Positions 40,529 through 50,194 of a DNA stretch of 64,000 bases are shown here, one piece after another; position 1 is the first letter of the stretch; every line of letters starts with the position of its first letter. Under the pieces are notes generated by a model, which saw only the letters and a list, made by a program, of their open reading frames with translations, was not told the DNA's origin and made no database searches. Origin of the DNA: Pseudomonadota bacterium (GTDB lineage Bacteria; Pseudomonadota; Alphaproteobacteria; UBA9655); assembly GCA_018242065.1 (NCBI GenBank), contig JAFECQ010000006.1, positions 121,860 to 185,859 of the forward strand, in the 5' to 3' direction. Both the position numbers and the translations under genes were made by a program.

Positions 40529-41368
40529 TTAAGATTTAATTTCCTTTTCCAACACCTTATAAAAATTATCTTTTGCTTGACGTTCAAACCAAGGGTGGTG
40601 CCCGCACTTTTCTAAAAGGATAAACCGAAAATCCTTTAGTGTACGAGAAAGAGGGATTTGAACGCCATCGGTTGGATGGGGGTCGTAATCTCCATGAATG
40701 GCAACAACGGGGCACTTGATGGAATTTCCATAGTCAAGTAGCTCTCCATTGATACGAAGTGTATGCACCTCCTTCCATACTTTTTCGTATATCTCGTGAG
40801 AGATTTCCAGATGCTCATTTTCGAAAGGCAAAGGATCATAAGAATCCGCTCGAGAATCAAGCTCTCCTATCTGAGCGAAAACTTCATCCTTATTCGTTAT
40901 TTGAGGATCATTGAACTGCTTTAAAAGTTTTTCTATCGTTGCCCGGTCTTTGGGTCCCATACGCTTGAGACGGGTATTCATAATTTCTGCAGCATATCTT
41001 TCTTCAAACACGCCACTGCTTAACAAAATAAGCTTTTTGACGAAAGTCGGGTAAAGGCTCGTAAAAACATAACTGAGCCAGCTTCCATAGGAATATCCAA
41101 TAAGAATAATAGGGAGTTGCGCCTGTTCTTCTAAGACAGCTTTTAATTCTTCGAGTTGCCCAGCAAAACTGAATTCCGTTTGAAGAGGCTCCAGAACACC
41201 AATATTTTTAGAGAGATGAGTTGCAACTGGGGCCATTTCGCCAGCCCCACCTGGGCCACCATGAATCAGAGCAACGTTATAAGGTTGTGTTCCATATTTT
41301 CTAAAATTTGGCATAAGATTCCTCAAATTTTGGATTTCTCTCGTCTGTTTATTATCTATTTGAAGCAT
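40529..41368 (-). CDS. Alpha/beta hydrolase (proline iminopeptidase-like)
   Basis: 279 aa with HGGPGG oxyanion motif, nucleophile elbow GYSYGS, and C-terminal CGHHPW. The start may instead be the internal Met (MPNFRKYG). Confidence 0.7.
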   Translation of the reverse strand: MLQIDNKQTREIQNLRNLMPNFRKYGTQPYNVALIHGGPGGAGEMAPVATHLSKNIGVLEPLQTEFSFAGQLEELKAVLEEQAQLPIILIGYSYGSWLSYVFTSLYPTFVKKLILLSSGVFEERYAAEIMNTRLKRMGPKDRATIEKLLKQFNDPQITNKDEVFAQIGELDSRADSYDPLPFENEHLEISHEIYEKVWKEVHTLRINGELLDYGNSIKCPVVAIHGDYDPHPTDGVQIPLSRTLKDFRFILLEKCGHHPWFERQAKDNFYKVLEKEIKS

Positions 41369-41640
41369 GATATGATGACAAGAAACCTATCTCTTGTTTT
41401 TTACTTACAATGGCCAATTTTTCCTCTTGTATTATGGGGATTTTAATTTTAAAAATGTATTATGACATTAAGTTTACTCGCACAAAACCCTTGTTTTCTC
41501 TATAAGCGACCTCGTAGCATATAGAGGCAGTTTGAATCTGCCCTAGTGATGTAAGGTTTGTTCCTCGCAAAATTTCATTAACCTTTTATATTTATAATTA
41601 AAATTAAGATGATCTCTTGTGGATCAGAGGATGAATTATC

Positions 41641-42537
41641 ATGGAAAACGTAACTTTTATTGGATCTGCGTCTGGGTGGGGTGCTCAAGTCCGAGAGACA
41701 GAAAAAGGCCCTGAATATCTTCAACAATCAGGTGTATTAAATTCCCTTCATGTTCACTGGATATGGAAGGAAACACTCTTTCCTTCTAAAACATCTCAAC
41801 AAATTTCTCTTCCACCAGGTCCTTTAACGCTTCCTTATATTGAAGATATTTGCTTGCGTCTGTCTTCTTCTGTTGCGGAGACTCTTCAATCTCGTCAGTT
41901 TCCAGTTGTTATTGGTGGGGATCATGTCATTGCGGTGGGAACATGGGCTGGAGTTATTCATCAACTCAAAACAAAGCAAAATTTTGGGTTGATTTGGATT
42001 GATGCGCATATGGATGCTCATACTATGGAAACAACCCCTTCAAAGGCTTTTCATGGAATGCCTTTGGCAGCGTTACTTGGCTTTGGCGAGCCTTCTTTGG
42101 TGAATGTATTAGAAAATGGCCCTCTCTTAAATCCAAAGCACGTGTGTTTAATCGGTGTGCGTAGTTATGAAGAAGGCGAAGAAAACCTTCTTAAGCGTTT
42201 GGGCGTTCATATTTATTATATGAAAGAGGTGCAAGAACGTGGCTTTGAATCTGTGTTTAAAGAAGCAGTTCAATTAGTTAAAAATGGCACACGAGGATAC
42301 GGTATTTCAATTGATTTGGATGCGTTCGATCCAGATGAAGCGCCTGGGGTTGGTACGCCAGCTCCCCAAGGTTTACAAGCGCAAAAAGTGCTTCCGTTTC
42401 TTAAGATTGTTCAAGGTGATACTCAATTGAAAGCTCTTGAAATTGTAGAGTTTAATCCCGATCGTGATAAAGATAAAAAAACACTTTTTCTTCTGAGAGA
42501 CGTACTTAAAGAAATTTTAGAAAAAGATAGAGGGTAG
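41641..42537 (+). CDS. rocF: Arginase (ureohydrolase family)
   Basis: 298 aa with Mn-binding motifs GGDHVIAVG, WIDAHMDAHT and SIDLDAFDPDEAPGVGTP. It lies immediately upstream of ornithine aminotransferase. Confidence 0.78.
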   Translation: MENVTFIGSASGWGAQVRETEKGPEYLQQSGVLNSLHVHWIWKETLFPSKTSQQISLPPGPLTLPYIEDICLRLSSSVAETLQSRQFPVVIGGDHVIAVGTWAGVIHQLKTKQNFGLIWIDAHMDAHTMETTPSKAFHGMPLAALLGFGEPSLVNVLENGPLLNPKHVCLIGVRSYEEGEENLLKRLGVHIYYMKEVQERGFESVFKEAVQLVKNGTRGYGISIDLDAFDPDEAPGVGTPAPQGLQAQKVLPFLKIVQGDTQLKALEIVEFNPDRDKDKKTLFLLRDVLKEILEKDRG

Positions 42538-42539
42538 AA

Positions 42540-43769
42540 ATGAAAACACAAGATTATATCGCACTTGATGCTTTAGTATCCCCTCCGACCTATTCTCCGC
42601 TTCCTGTGGTTTTATCTAGAGGAGAGGGTGTCTGGCTTTGGGATGTGGAAGGAAAAAAATACCTTGATATGATGACTGCTTATTCAGCGGTTAGTTTTGG
42701 ACATGCCCACCCTCGTTTGTTAAAGACATTAACTCACCAAGCAAAAAAACTTGCTATGACTTCTCGTGCGTTTCACACAGACCAACTTTCCCCCTTTGTC
42801 GAAAAAGCTTGTATCTTTTCAGGATTTGAAATGGGAATTCTCATGAACACAGGAGCTGAAGCTGTCGAAACAGCAATCAAAGTTGCGCGCAGATGGGGTT
42901 ATGAAGTTAAAGGAATCCCTGAAAATCAGGCTGAAATTATTGTCGCAGAGAATAATTTCCATGGAAGAACAACGACCATTATTAGTTTTTCAACAGAATC
43001 TGAATACCGTCGGGATTTTGGACCTTTTACACCTGGATTTAAGGCTGTTCCCTTTGACAATGCGGAAGCTTTAGAAAAGGCAATTACTCCCAATACGTGT
43101 GCCTTTCTTGTCGAGCCTATACAAGGAGAAGCTGGCATTATTGTTCCTTCGAAGGGGTATCTGCAAAAAGTGCGGCAAATTTGCACCGAGAAGAACGTTC
43201 TGCTGCTACTTGATGAAGTCCAGTCTGGTCTGGGCCGAACGGGAAAAATGTTTGCTTTTCAGCATGAGAATATCAAACCAGACGGTTTGATTTTAGGCAA
43301 AGCCCTTGGAGGAGGCATTCTTCCCATTTCTCTCTTTTTAAGTCGACGTGAAATTCTTTCTTTGATGACACCAGGAAGTCACGGATCCACCTTTGGAGGG
43401 AATCCTCTTGCTTGTGCTGTAGCCCATGAGGCCCTGTCTATATTGGAAGAGGACCGTTTAGATGAGCGTGCATCCGAATTAGGAAGCTATATGTTAATGC
43501 GCCTTAGGAAAATTAAGTCTTCTCTTATTAAGGAAGTCCGAGGATGTGGCCTTTGGGCAGGAGTCGATTTTCATAAACATCTGATTTCTGCTAAGGAAGT
43601 ATGTGAAAGAATGTGTAAAAATGGTGTTCTTTCTAAAGATACACATCATACGGTTGTTCGTTTTGCCCCCCCTCTTATAATTACACAAGAAGAGATAGAT
43701 TTCGGTCTCAATCTTTTTGAAGAAGTCTTAAAAGATATTGAAAAAACACGTGAAGGGAATTCAATTTAA
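42540..43769 (+). CDS. rocD: Ornithine--oxo-acid aminotransferase
   Basis: 409 aa that resembles B. subtilis RocD (as I recall it) along its whole length. Examples: MNTGAEAVETAIKVARRWGYEVKGIPENQAEII, DEVQSGLGRTGK, ILGKALGGG, GSHGSTFGGNPLACAV, VRFAPPLIIT. Confidence 0.9.
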   Translation: MKTQDYIALDALVSPPTYSPLPVVLSRGEGVWLWDVEGKKYLDMMTAYSAVSFGHAHPRLLKTLTHQAKKLAMTSRAFHTDQLSPFVEKACIFSGFEMGILMNTGAEAVETAIKVARRWGYEVKGIPENQAEIIVAENNFHGRTTTIISFSTESEYRRDFGPFTPGFKAVPFDNAEALEKAITPNTCAFLVEPIQGEAGIIVPSKGYLQKVRQICTEKNVLLLLDEVQSGLGRTGKMFAFQHENIKPDGLILGKALGGGILPISLFLSRREILSLMTPGSHGSTFGGNPLACAVAHEALSILEEDRLDERASELGSYMLMRLRKIKSSLIKEVRGCGLWAGVDFHKHLISAKEVCERMCKNGVLSKDTHHTVVRFAPPLIITQEEIDFGLNLFEEVLKDIEKTREGNSI

Positions 43770-43824
43770 TGTTAAGAAATGAATCAAGTAAGCCTATGTT
43801 TAGAAAGAAACCGAAGTGCCAACG

Positions 43825-44472
43825 ATGATTTACCCTGAATTTCCTAATCTTCATATTCTTAACCATCCTCTGATTCAACACAAACTTACGCAAATGAGAA
43901 AAATTAACACACCTAAGCATGAGTTTCGTCGACTGCTTCGAGAGATTGCTCTTCTAATGGGTTATGAAATCACGCGGGATTTACCTTTGACAAAAGAAAT
44001 TATTTCAACTCCCCTTGCTTCTATGGAGGCCCCGGTTATTGCGGGTCAAAACCCAGTCATCGTTCCAATTTTGAGAGCAGGCTTAGGTATGGCAGACGGT
44101 CTTTTAGAACTTATTCCTGAAGCAGATGAAGGTCATATTGGGATGTATCGCGATCCTAAGACAAAGCAACCGGTTGAATATTTGGTTAAGTTGCCGAGCG
44201 CCAATAGTCGTATTTTTTTCTTGGTTGATCCAATGCTTGCAACGGGAAATTCGGCTGTGGCTGCAGTCGATACCTTAATCAAGCATGGTGTAGAAGCGTC
44301 CAAAATTAAATTTTTGTCTTTAGTGGCTGCACCTGAAGGCGTCACTGTCTTTAATAAAAAGTACGCTCATATTCCGGTATATACGGCAGCTCTTGATGAA
44401 AAGCTCAATGAGAAAGCGTATATTATTCCAGGATTAGGCGATGCAGGTGACCGCCTTTTTGGGACCTTGTAG
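43825..44472 (+). CDS. upp: Uracil phosphoribosyltransferase
   Basis: PRPP motif [13 protein letters not shown] and C-terminal [15 protein letters not shown]. The ORF-track start at 43816 is GTG. ATG 43825 gives [22 protein letters not shown]. Confidence 0.92.
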   Translation: MIYPEFPNLHILNHPLIQHKLTQMRKINTPKHEFRRLLREIALLMGYEITRDLPLTKEIISTPLASMEAPVIAGQNPVIVPILRAGLGMADGLLELIPEADEGHIGMYRDPKTKQPVEYLVKLPSANSRIFFLVDPMLATGNSAVAAVDTLIKHGVEASKIKFLSLVAAPEGVTVFNKKYAHIPVYTAALDEKLNEKAYIIPGLGDAGDRLFGTL

Positions 44473-44603
44473 AAGATTATAAGGAGAAGCTTCTTTGAAT
44501 ATTACGTTTTATGAGACTCCTCAACGATTTTAGTTTTAGGGATTAGATGTTCCTAACTAATTTGAGCTTTTAATAAATTGGAAATTTGCTTAGAGTATAT
44601 TTT

Positions 44604-44966
44604 ATGAATTTTAAGTCACGTCATCTGCAGCGATTAAGTCAAAAAGCTATTGCGCCTTTTATTGTTCTTTCTGTACTGGGGTATTTTGTGTATCACTCTG
44701 TTCAAGGAGATAGAGGAATCCTTGCTTGGATGCAACTTCAAGAACGTTTTCTTAAAATTCAAAGTGAATTAATTGAGCTAACGCAAGTACGAGAAGAACT
44801 TGAAGAAAAGGTGCAGGGGTTACAACCAGAAAGTATTAAAAGAGATCTTCTTGATCAACAAGTTCGCTTACAACTTGGCTATATTCGTCCAGATGAAGTT
44901 GTGATTCTAAAGGTGGATAAAGAGGAAGAATTAGACTCTACGATGATGTCGCCCGCTGTTGAATGA
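44604..44966 (+). CDS. ftsB: Septum formation initiator family protein (FtsB/DivIC-like)
   Basis: About 120 aa with a single N-terminal TM segment (IAPFIVLSVLGYFVYHSV) followed by a coiled coil (LQERFLKIQSELIELTQVREELEEKVQGL). The ORF-track start at 44586 is TTG; the ATG is at 44604. Confidence 0.65.
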   Translation: MNFKSRHLQRLSQKAIAPFIVLSVLGYFVYHSVQGDRGILAWMQLQERFLKIQSELIELTQVREELEEKVQGLQPESIKRDLLDQQVRLQLGYIRPDEVVILKVDKEEELDSTMMSPAVE

Positions 44967-45582
44967 AACTAACGTTTTCTCCAGCAGCTTCTAATTTTTT
45001 TATGCCTATACCCAATATTTCTTTTGCAAAAACAAAAAGACTCGGTTCAAAACGACAATGAGTTAATAACCATTTATCTTGGAAAAGCATTTCTCTTTCA
45101 GGGCCAGTCCAGGTTGAAAGAGAAGCTTCCACATGTTGTAAATGGACTTCAATCTTGTCGAGTGCATTAATAAAGAGAGCTTCATAACTTTTCTTTTCCT
45201 CATATTCTTCCCATAACGATAAGAAGTCTTTACCAGTTTCATCGGGAAGAGCAGCGCATATCTTTACCATAGCAGTTCTTTCTGAAGCCTGTTTTCTTTC
45301 TTTTTCTTCCAGGGTTTTGATTTCAAAGACTGGAATATCTCCCACCTCTGCTTCAGCTAAATCGTGAAGAATGGCCATTTTTAAGCACTTTTCAAGATCA
45401 ATAGGTTGACTAAGATATGGTGCAAAAAGGGGGATCATCAAACTCATTCGCCAGGTGTGCTCCGCAACACTTTCTTGGCGTCCGGAGGAAAGCCATGAAT
45501 GTCGCATTTCGCATTTTAGTTTTTCAGCTATATTTAAGAATTCAATGATTTGATTTATCAGAGTTGGGTTTAACGAAGACAT
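44938..45582 (-). CDS. HD-domain phosphohydrolase (YfbR-like 5'-nucleotidase family)
   Basis: 214 aa with metal ligand pattern ESVAEHTWRM ... ILHDLAEAEVGDIP. Convergent 29-nt overlap with the ftsB 3' end. Confidence 0.65.
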   Translation of the reverse strand: MSSLNPTLINQIIEFLNIAEKLKCEMRHSWLSSGRQESVAEHTWRMSLMIPLFAPYLSQPIDLEKCLKMAILHDLAEAEVGDIPVFEIKTLEEKERKQASERTAMVKICAALPDETGKDFLSLWEEYEEKKSYEALFINALDKIEVHLQHVEASLSTWTGPEREMLFQDKWLLTHCRFEPSLFVFAKEILGIGIKKLEAAGENVSFIQQRATSS

Positions 45583-45868
45583 TATCTTATCCTTAAGTTT
45601 AAAATATGTGGATACAATGCTTTAATTATATTCTCTTGAGCAAGAAGAGATGTAGATTTATACGACACTAAAATCCGCGAATTTAGCTTGCTCATCTAAT
45701 TACAAAAATGACGACTCCACCTGTGTAATTGCATAAATGTTAAATGGTCTACCACCTCAACTTATGCCATTCACTGTTCTTGAATATTGACGTGGTATCA
45801 TTTATGAAACATCTATAGATATGACAGTAAGCTAAATTCATTAAGAATTTATAAAAAGATATAAAAGC

Positions 45869-46828
45869 CTAAACAGACGACGTCACTCTACCCATAGCTA
45901 GAAATTTCTTTCGTCTATGCTCACGAACAACTTTTCGGTCGAGTGAAAGAAGTGGCTTAAGAGATTTTTCGATAGCATCTCCAACAGCGAGAATTGTTAT
46001 TTGAGGATTACGTTGTGCTCCTCCCAATGGTTCGGGAATAATGGTATCTATGACACCGAGTTGCTTTAAATCTTGAGCTGTAAGTTTTTGAGCAGCAGCA
46101 GCTTCTTCTTTTTTATCTCGTGTTCGCCATAAAATAGAAGCACATCCCTCTGGTGAGATAACGGAATATATTGCGTGTTCAAGCATCATGACAACGTTTG
46201 CAAAAGCGAGAGCTACAGCTCCGCCAGAGCCACCTTCACCAATAACAGTTGTTACGATGGGTACGTGAACAGCAGCGCTTATCTCAAGGCTTCGTGCAAT
46301 AGCTTCGGATTGGCCTCTTTCCTCAGCTTCGATAGCAGGATGAGCGCCTGCTGTATCAATAAAGGTAAGGATAGGAAGTTGAAATCGATCCGCCAGTTGC
46401 ATTAAACGGGCTGCTTTCCGATACCCTTCTGGCCGAGGCATGCCAAAGTTATGCTTAAGACGAAGCTCAGTATCTTTGCCCTTTTCATGACCTAATACGA
46501 CGACCGAATGACCACGAAATCGTCCAAGTCCTCCGATTATAGCTTGATCTTCCCCGAAATTTCGATCGCCAGCAAGTGGGGTAAAATCCGTGATTAAAGC
46601 ACTAATGTAGTCACTTGTATGAGGGCGCTGAGGGTGACGAGCAACCAATACTTTTTGCCAGGGTGTGAGATTTTGATATGTTTTTTTAAGAAGTTTTTCT
46701 GCCTTCTCTTGAAGACGCTTGACTTCACTTGCGATATTGACTTCACCGTTTGATGAAAAATGACGCAACTCTGCAAGTTTGCTCTCAAGTTCTGCGATAG
46801 GTTTTTCAAAATCAAGTATTACAGCCAT
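45869..46828 (-). CDS. accA: Acetyl-CoA carboxylase carboxyltransferase alpha subunit
   Basis: [25 protein letters not shown] and [12 protein letters not shown] are present. The ORF-track start at 46831 is TTG; the ATG is at 46828. Confidence 0.94.
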   Translation of the reverse strand: MAVILDFEKPIAELESKLAELRHFSSNGEVNIASEVKRLQEKAEKLLKKTYQNLTPWQKVLVARHPQRPHTSDYISALITDFTPLAGDRNFGEDQAIIGGLGRFRGHSVVVLGHEKGKDTELRLKHNFGMPRPEGYRKAARLMQLADRFQLPILTFIDTAGAHPAIEAEERGQSEAIARSLEISAAVHVPIVTTVIGEGGSGGAVALAFANVVMMLEHAIYSVISPEGCASILWRTRDKKEEAAAAQKLTAQDLKQLGVIDTIIPEPLGGAQRNPQITILAVGDAIEKSLKPLLSLDRKVVREHRRKKFLAMGRVTSSV

Positions 46829-46954
46829 CAACTCATTTGCCTTATAAAAGTTTCACTAAGTCTTGAGTTGAATCTAAACGGGGTTAACGTATGGTTCAAG
46901 CAAAACCTAAAATGAATGCTATTTAGTTTGACGGGGGTCTTGCTTTTTTATTGA

Positions 46955-47623
46955 TTAACGTTCTTGTATTTTTTTAACAATCGCTCCACGACTAATACGT
47001 CCCTTGATAATGACTCGAGGGCCTACTTCGATAATTCCCTTCCCAGAACCAAAAGTAATATTTCCTGATACAACGGTCCTCCCTTTTAATCTTAATACTT
47101 GCTGTTCGTGTACGTTGTTCATTTTTTGAATAAGAATGCTCAGTACATAAACATTGTCGAGGAGGATATTGTTTCCAAAAACATAAAGGTCCTTAAGGTG
47201 AGCACTTTTTGCATGAAAAGATCCAATGATGTGTGTGTTGTTTGAGACGTTAAGATTCCGCAATTTGACATTACCTGTAACTACTAGTTGATTCGTTTTT
47301 ATATTACTTGCAATGAAGGAGCCTGTGATTTCAAGACTACCAAATTGCCCATGATCACTATTTTCTGTGGGACCAACAATATGTGCTTTGCCTTTGACAT
47401 TGATATTATGAAATTGAAGTTTTCCATTAACCTCCAGAGATTGTACGTTTTGATTTCTAAGTACAGTAGGGCCACTAAAAGTAAGAACGTCCAAAAAGGG
47501 AGATGTATTAACTTTCGGGCCTGCTTTTTTTTTGGGTCTAAGGGGAGCTGGTTTGTTTGCAAAAACGTGCTCACTCATAAAAGTTGTAAGCACAAAAATC
47601 ATTAATAATGCTTTTGGTATCAT
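46955..47623 (-). CDS. Bactofilin-like beta-helical protein with an N-terminal signal/anchor sequence
   Basis: 222 aa. The N-terminus MIPKALLMIFVLTTFMSEHVFA is followed by a basic Pro-rich linker. Then come repetitive short beta-strand units with G/N turns (VNGKLQFHNINVKGKAHIVG, ITGSFIASNIKTNQLVVTGNVKLRNLNVSNNTHIIGSF). These are reminiscent of the DUF583/bactofilin fold. The assignment is tentative. Confidence 0.45.
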   Translation of the reverse strand: MIPKALLMIFVLTTFMSEHVFANKPAPLRPKKKAGPKVNTSPFLDVLTFSGPTVLRNQNVQSLEVNGKLQFHNINVKGKAHIVGPTENSDHGQFGSLEITGSFIASNIKTNQLVVTGNVKLRNLNVSNNTHIIGSFHAKSAHLKDLYVFGNNILLDNVYVLSILIQKMNNVHEQQVLRLKGRTVVSGNITFGSGKGIIEVGPRVIIKGRISRGAIVKKIQER

Positions 47624-47750
47624 TTTAGCTTTAGGTATCTATGGATATGAAAAATTGAAAAATGGTGTTCATTTGCTACAGAGTTGCTCCCTAAGTTCTT
47701 ATGCAGTTTATCTTTTGTAAGATTAATTGCTTTTATTAAAAAAAAGGGTA

Positions 47751-48656
47751 TCAAGGAAAAGAGGGTTTTGCAAGCGGATGAAATGTATTGACCATTTCGG
47801 TCAGATCATCCTGGGCTATATGTGTATAAATCTGGGTTGTCGAGATGTCACTGTGGCCCAGAAGCTTTTGCACAATGATAAGATCGGCTCCATGACGTAA
47901 AAGGTGGGTTGCAAAAGCATGTCGTACAATATGAGGAGAAATCTGTTCTGGGTTTAACCCTACTCTCAAAGCCAGCTCCTTTAACAATTGGCCAAATCTT
48001 TGGCGGGTTAAATAGCCTTCTTGGCTGGCTGAGGGGAAAAGCCAGGGAGAATCCTTCGCTTTTGGTAAAAAAAGATGCCTTACTGTTAAATACTTATGAA
48101 GCGCTTCGACTGCAGAGGGGGTTAACGGGGCTAATCGATCCTTATTACCCTTGCCTCGAATTAATAGGAAAGGTTTTTCATTTTTTAAAGCTTCGTAGGC
48201 AGCATTGAAAGTAAGAGAAACGAGCTCACTGACACGAAGGCCGCTCGCATATAAAATTTCTAAAAGCGCAAAAAGTCGTAATCCTTCAGGCCCGCTCCAA
48301 GTCTTAGCTCCTTCTAATAGATGATTTATATCGGTTTCGCTCAAAACAGATGGCAATTTTCGACGATAACGTGGTGCTTCTACAAGAGAAGTTGGGTTTT
48401 CTGTAATTTCACCTTCACTCATAAGGAACTTATAAAATTGACGTAATGAGGAAATCCTTCTCGCTAAGGAAGTTGCTGCAAGGTGCTTTTGAGTTATCAA
48501 ATAATTTTTGATGTCCGTTGAGACAACGAGGTGGAAATCCTTATCCTTCAGAAATTTAAGAAAATCTTTTAGGTCTGTTTCGTAAGCACTCAAAGTGGAT
48601 CTTGTCGCTCCCTTTTCTGCAGCCATCATTTCTAAGAAACGATCAATGACCATCAT
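47751..48656 (-). CDS. xerD: Site-specific tyrosine recombinase XerD
   Basis: Catalytic contexts are ASGLRVSELV, HIVRHAFATHLLRHGADL and LLGHSDISTTQIYTH. It looks closer to XerD than XerC (RHAFATHLL.HGADL). The ORF-track start at 48668 is TTG; the ATG is at 48656. Confidence 0.88.
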   Translation of the reverse strand: MMVIDRFLEMMAAEKGATRSTLSAYETDLKDFLKFLKDKDFHLVVSTDIKNYLITQKHLAATSLARRISSLRQFYKFLMSEGEITENPTSLVEAPRYRRKLPSVLSETDINHLLEGAKTWSGPEGLRLFALLEILYASGLRVSELVSLTFNAAYEALKNEKPFLLIRGKGNKDRLAPLTPSAVEALHKYLTVRHLFLPKAKDSPWLFPSASQEGYLTRQRFGQLLKELALRVGLNPEQISPHIVRHAFATHLLRHGADLIIVQKLLGHSDISTTQIYTHIAQDDLTEMVNTFHPLAKPSFP

Positions 48657-48689
48657 AAGGAACCTCAAGCGTACTGCAACGAATATTAA

Positions 48690-49307
48690 CTACGACTTTG
48701 GGACAGAAAGCTTTTTCTCGAGAGCTTTATTGATAGTTTCAATTGTACCATCGCCTTGCTGCATAACGGAAGCATACTCGGAGCGTTGTGTGATTCCCAT
48801 GCTAATACCTTCTAAAATTACATCATAAATTCGGATCTCTCCATTTTTTTCAAATATCTTCCAGGCAATTGGAATGATTTGACCACTTGGTCTTATGATT
48901 TGGCTTAAAACCGTAATTCCGCCATCAGCTTCAACACGAGAACCTAGAATGTCGAATTCTTCAGATGTATAATCTTTAAATCGTGTTGCGTAGCTTGCAA
49001 CCGTTGTTTCTTTAAATAATTCTAAAAACCTTCTTTTTTCTTCATCACTTGCTTGCTTCCAGTGTCTTCCAAGAACGAATTTTCCAATGGCTTTTAAATT
49101 GAATCTCGTCTCTAAAATTTCCCTAAATTGAGAAGCGCGCTCTTGGTCAGAAATTGATTGATCTGTCAAAAGCATAATGACAGTTTCTCCGATATCAGCC
49201 ATGAACACTTCAGCTTCTTGAGGTGTGATGTTAGCTTGGAGTGTCTCTGACCATATAAAAAGAGAAACAAACATATAGATAAATTTTTTCATAAGAATAC
49301 CCTTCAT
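48690..49307 (-). CDS. mlaC: Phospholipid-binding periplasmic protein MlaC (Ttg2D family)
   Basis: 205 aa with a signal peptide and the family pattern RFNLKAIGKFVLGRHWKQASDEEKRRFLELFKETTVASYATRF. TAATG overlap with mlaA. Confidence 0.8.
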   Translation of the reverse strand: MKGILMKKFIYMFVSLFIWSETLQANITPQEAEVFMADIGETVIMLLTDQSISDQERASQFREILETRFNLKAIGKFVLGRHWKQASDEEKRRFLELFKETTVASYATRFKDYTSEEFDILGSRVEADGGITVLSQIIRPSGQIIPIAWKIFEKNGEIRIYDVILEGISMGITQRSEYASVMQQGDGTIETINKALEKKLSVPKS

Positions 49308-50134
49308 TATAAATCCTCATCTTCATCATCTGGGCGTGGTGTATCAAGATTTTGAGTTTCTTTTGATATTAAATACTCACGCCTTGCTAAGTACCATTCG
49401 CGAAAGGCCAGGTAAGGATCTAGAGCTTTCGTTTTAAGTTCTTTGATAATTTCGATATTATCTGCTTTAGCATCTAGGAGCTGCATACCAGAGCGTGTAT
49501 AGCTATAAACAGCTCTATCATCAAGGTAGGCCCACCAATTAATGGGATCAAAACCATAATCTCCTATGCGACCAACTGTATCTCTTAAAGTAGAAGGTCC
49601 AAGTATGGGTAGGACAAGATAAGGCCCTGGCTGAATTCCCCAAGAGGCAAGCGTAAGCCCAAAGTCTTCTTTTTTGTAAGGAATATCCAAACCTGTTGAG
49701 ATGTCAAAAAGACCTCCAATACCCACGGTAGAATTAATCAAAAAACGTCGCAAAGTATCTTCCGCGTCGCCCATTTCGCCTTGAAGGAGGTTATTTGCCA
49801 AAACAATGGGTTCGCTTAAATTTCTTAATACATATCCGACGCGTTCACGAAAGAATTCGGGAACAACACCTTTATACATTGCGGCAATACGATCAAAGAA
49901 AATTTCATCGAGGAAATCATTGAACGCAAAAATACCTCGATTCATAGGCTCCCACGGATCATCATCTTCTATTTGTGGTGAGGGCTCAAGGACCTGCTCA
50001 AGCTCTTGAGCATTCATGTGGAGTGTTTCACCGGGATGTAAGTCTTCATTCATATAATTCCATGCGTCTTCTTGCGCATGGAGAGAAGGAATTATTAAAT
50101 TTAGAAGAAATATGAGAGGAAAAAACAGGTTCAT
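49307..50134 (-). CDS. mlaA: Outer-membrane lipid asymmetry protein MlaA (VacJ family)
   Basis: 275 aa with a signal peptide and the VacJ core DPWEPMNRGIFAFNDFLD...VLRNLSEPIVLANNLLQG. Confidence 0.85.
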   Translation of the reverse strand: MNLFFPLIFLLNLIIPSLHAQEDAWNYMNEDLHPGETLHMNAQELEQVLEPSPQIEDDDPWEPMNRGIFAFNDFLDEIFFDRIAAMYKGVVPEFFRERVGYVLRNLSEPIVLANNLLQGEMGDAEDTLRRFLINSTVGIGGLFDISTGLDIPYKKEDFGLTLASWGIQPGPYLVLPILGPSTLRDTVGRIGDYGFDPINWWAYLDDRAVYSYTRSGMQLLDAKADNIEIIKELKTKALDPYLAFREWYLARREYLISKETQNLDTPRPDDEDEDL

Positions 50135-50194
50135 GTCAGCTTCACGTTATTTATTTTAACCGCCAGTTTATGCTTCTTAAATAAATCTGTAAAG

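Noticed and set aside
41526-41542. Hairpin ggcag-tttgaat-ctgcc resembling a tRNA anticodon arm (5-bp stem, 7-nt loop, would-be anticodon TGA).
   Set aside because: The flanking sequence gives no acceptor stem, no D-arm and no GTTCxAxxC-type T-arm. It is most likely a chance hairpin in the rocF upstream region.
47624-47750. Looked for a dif-like XerCD recombination site near xerD, and for clustered DnaA boxes anywhere in the window.
   Set aside because: I saw no 28-bp dif-like palindrome. The only TTATCCA-like strings are the IS inverted repeats, so there is no cluster suggesting an origin.
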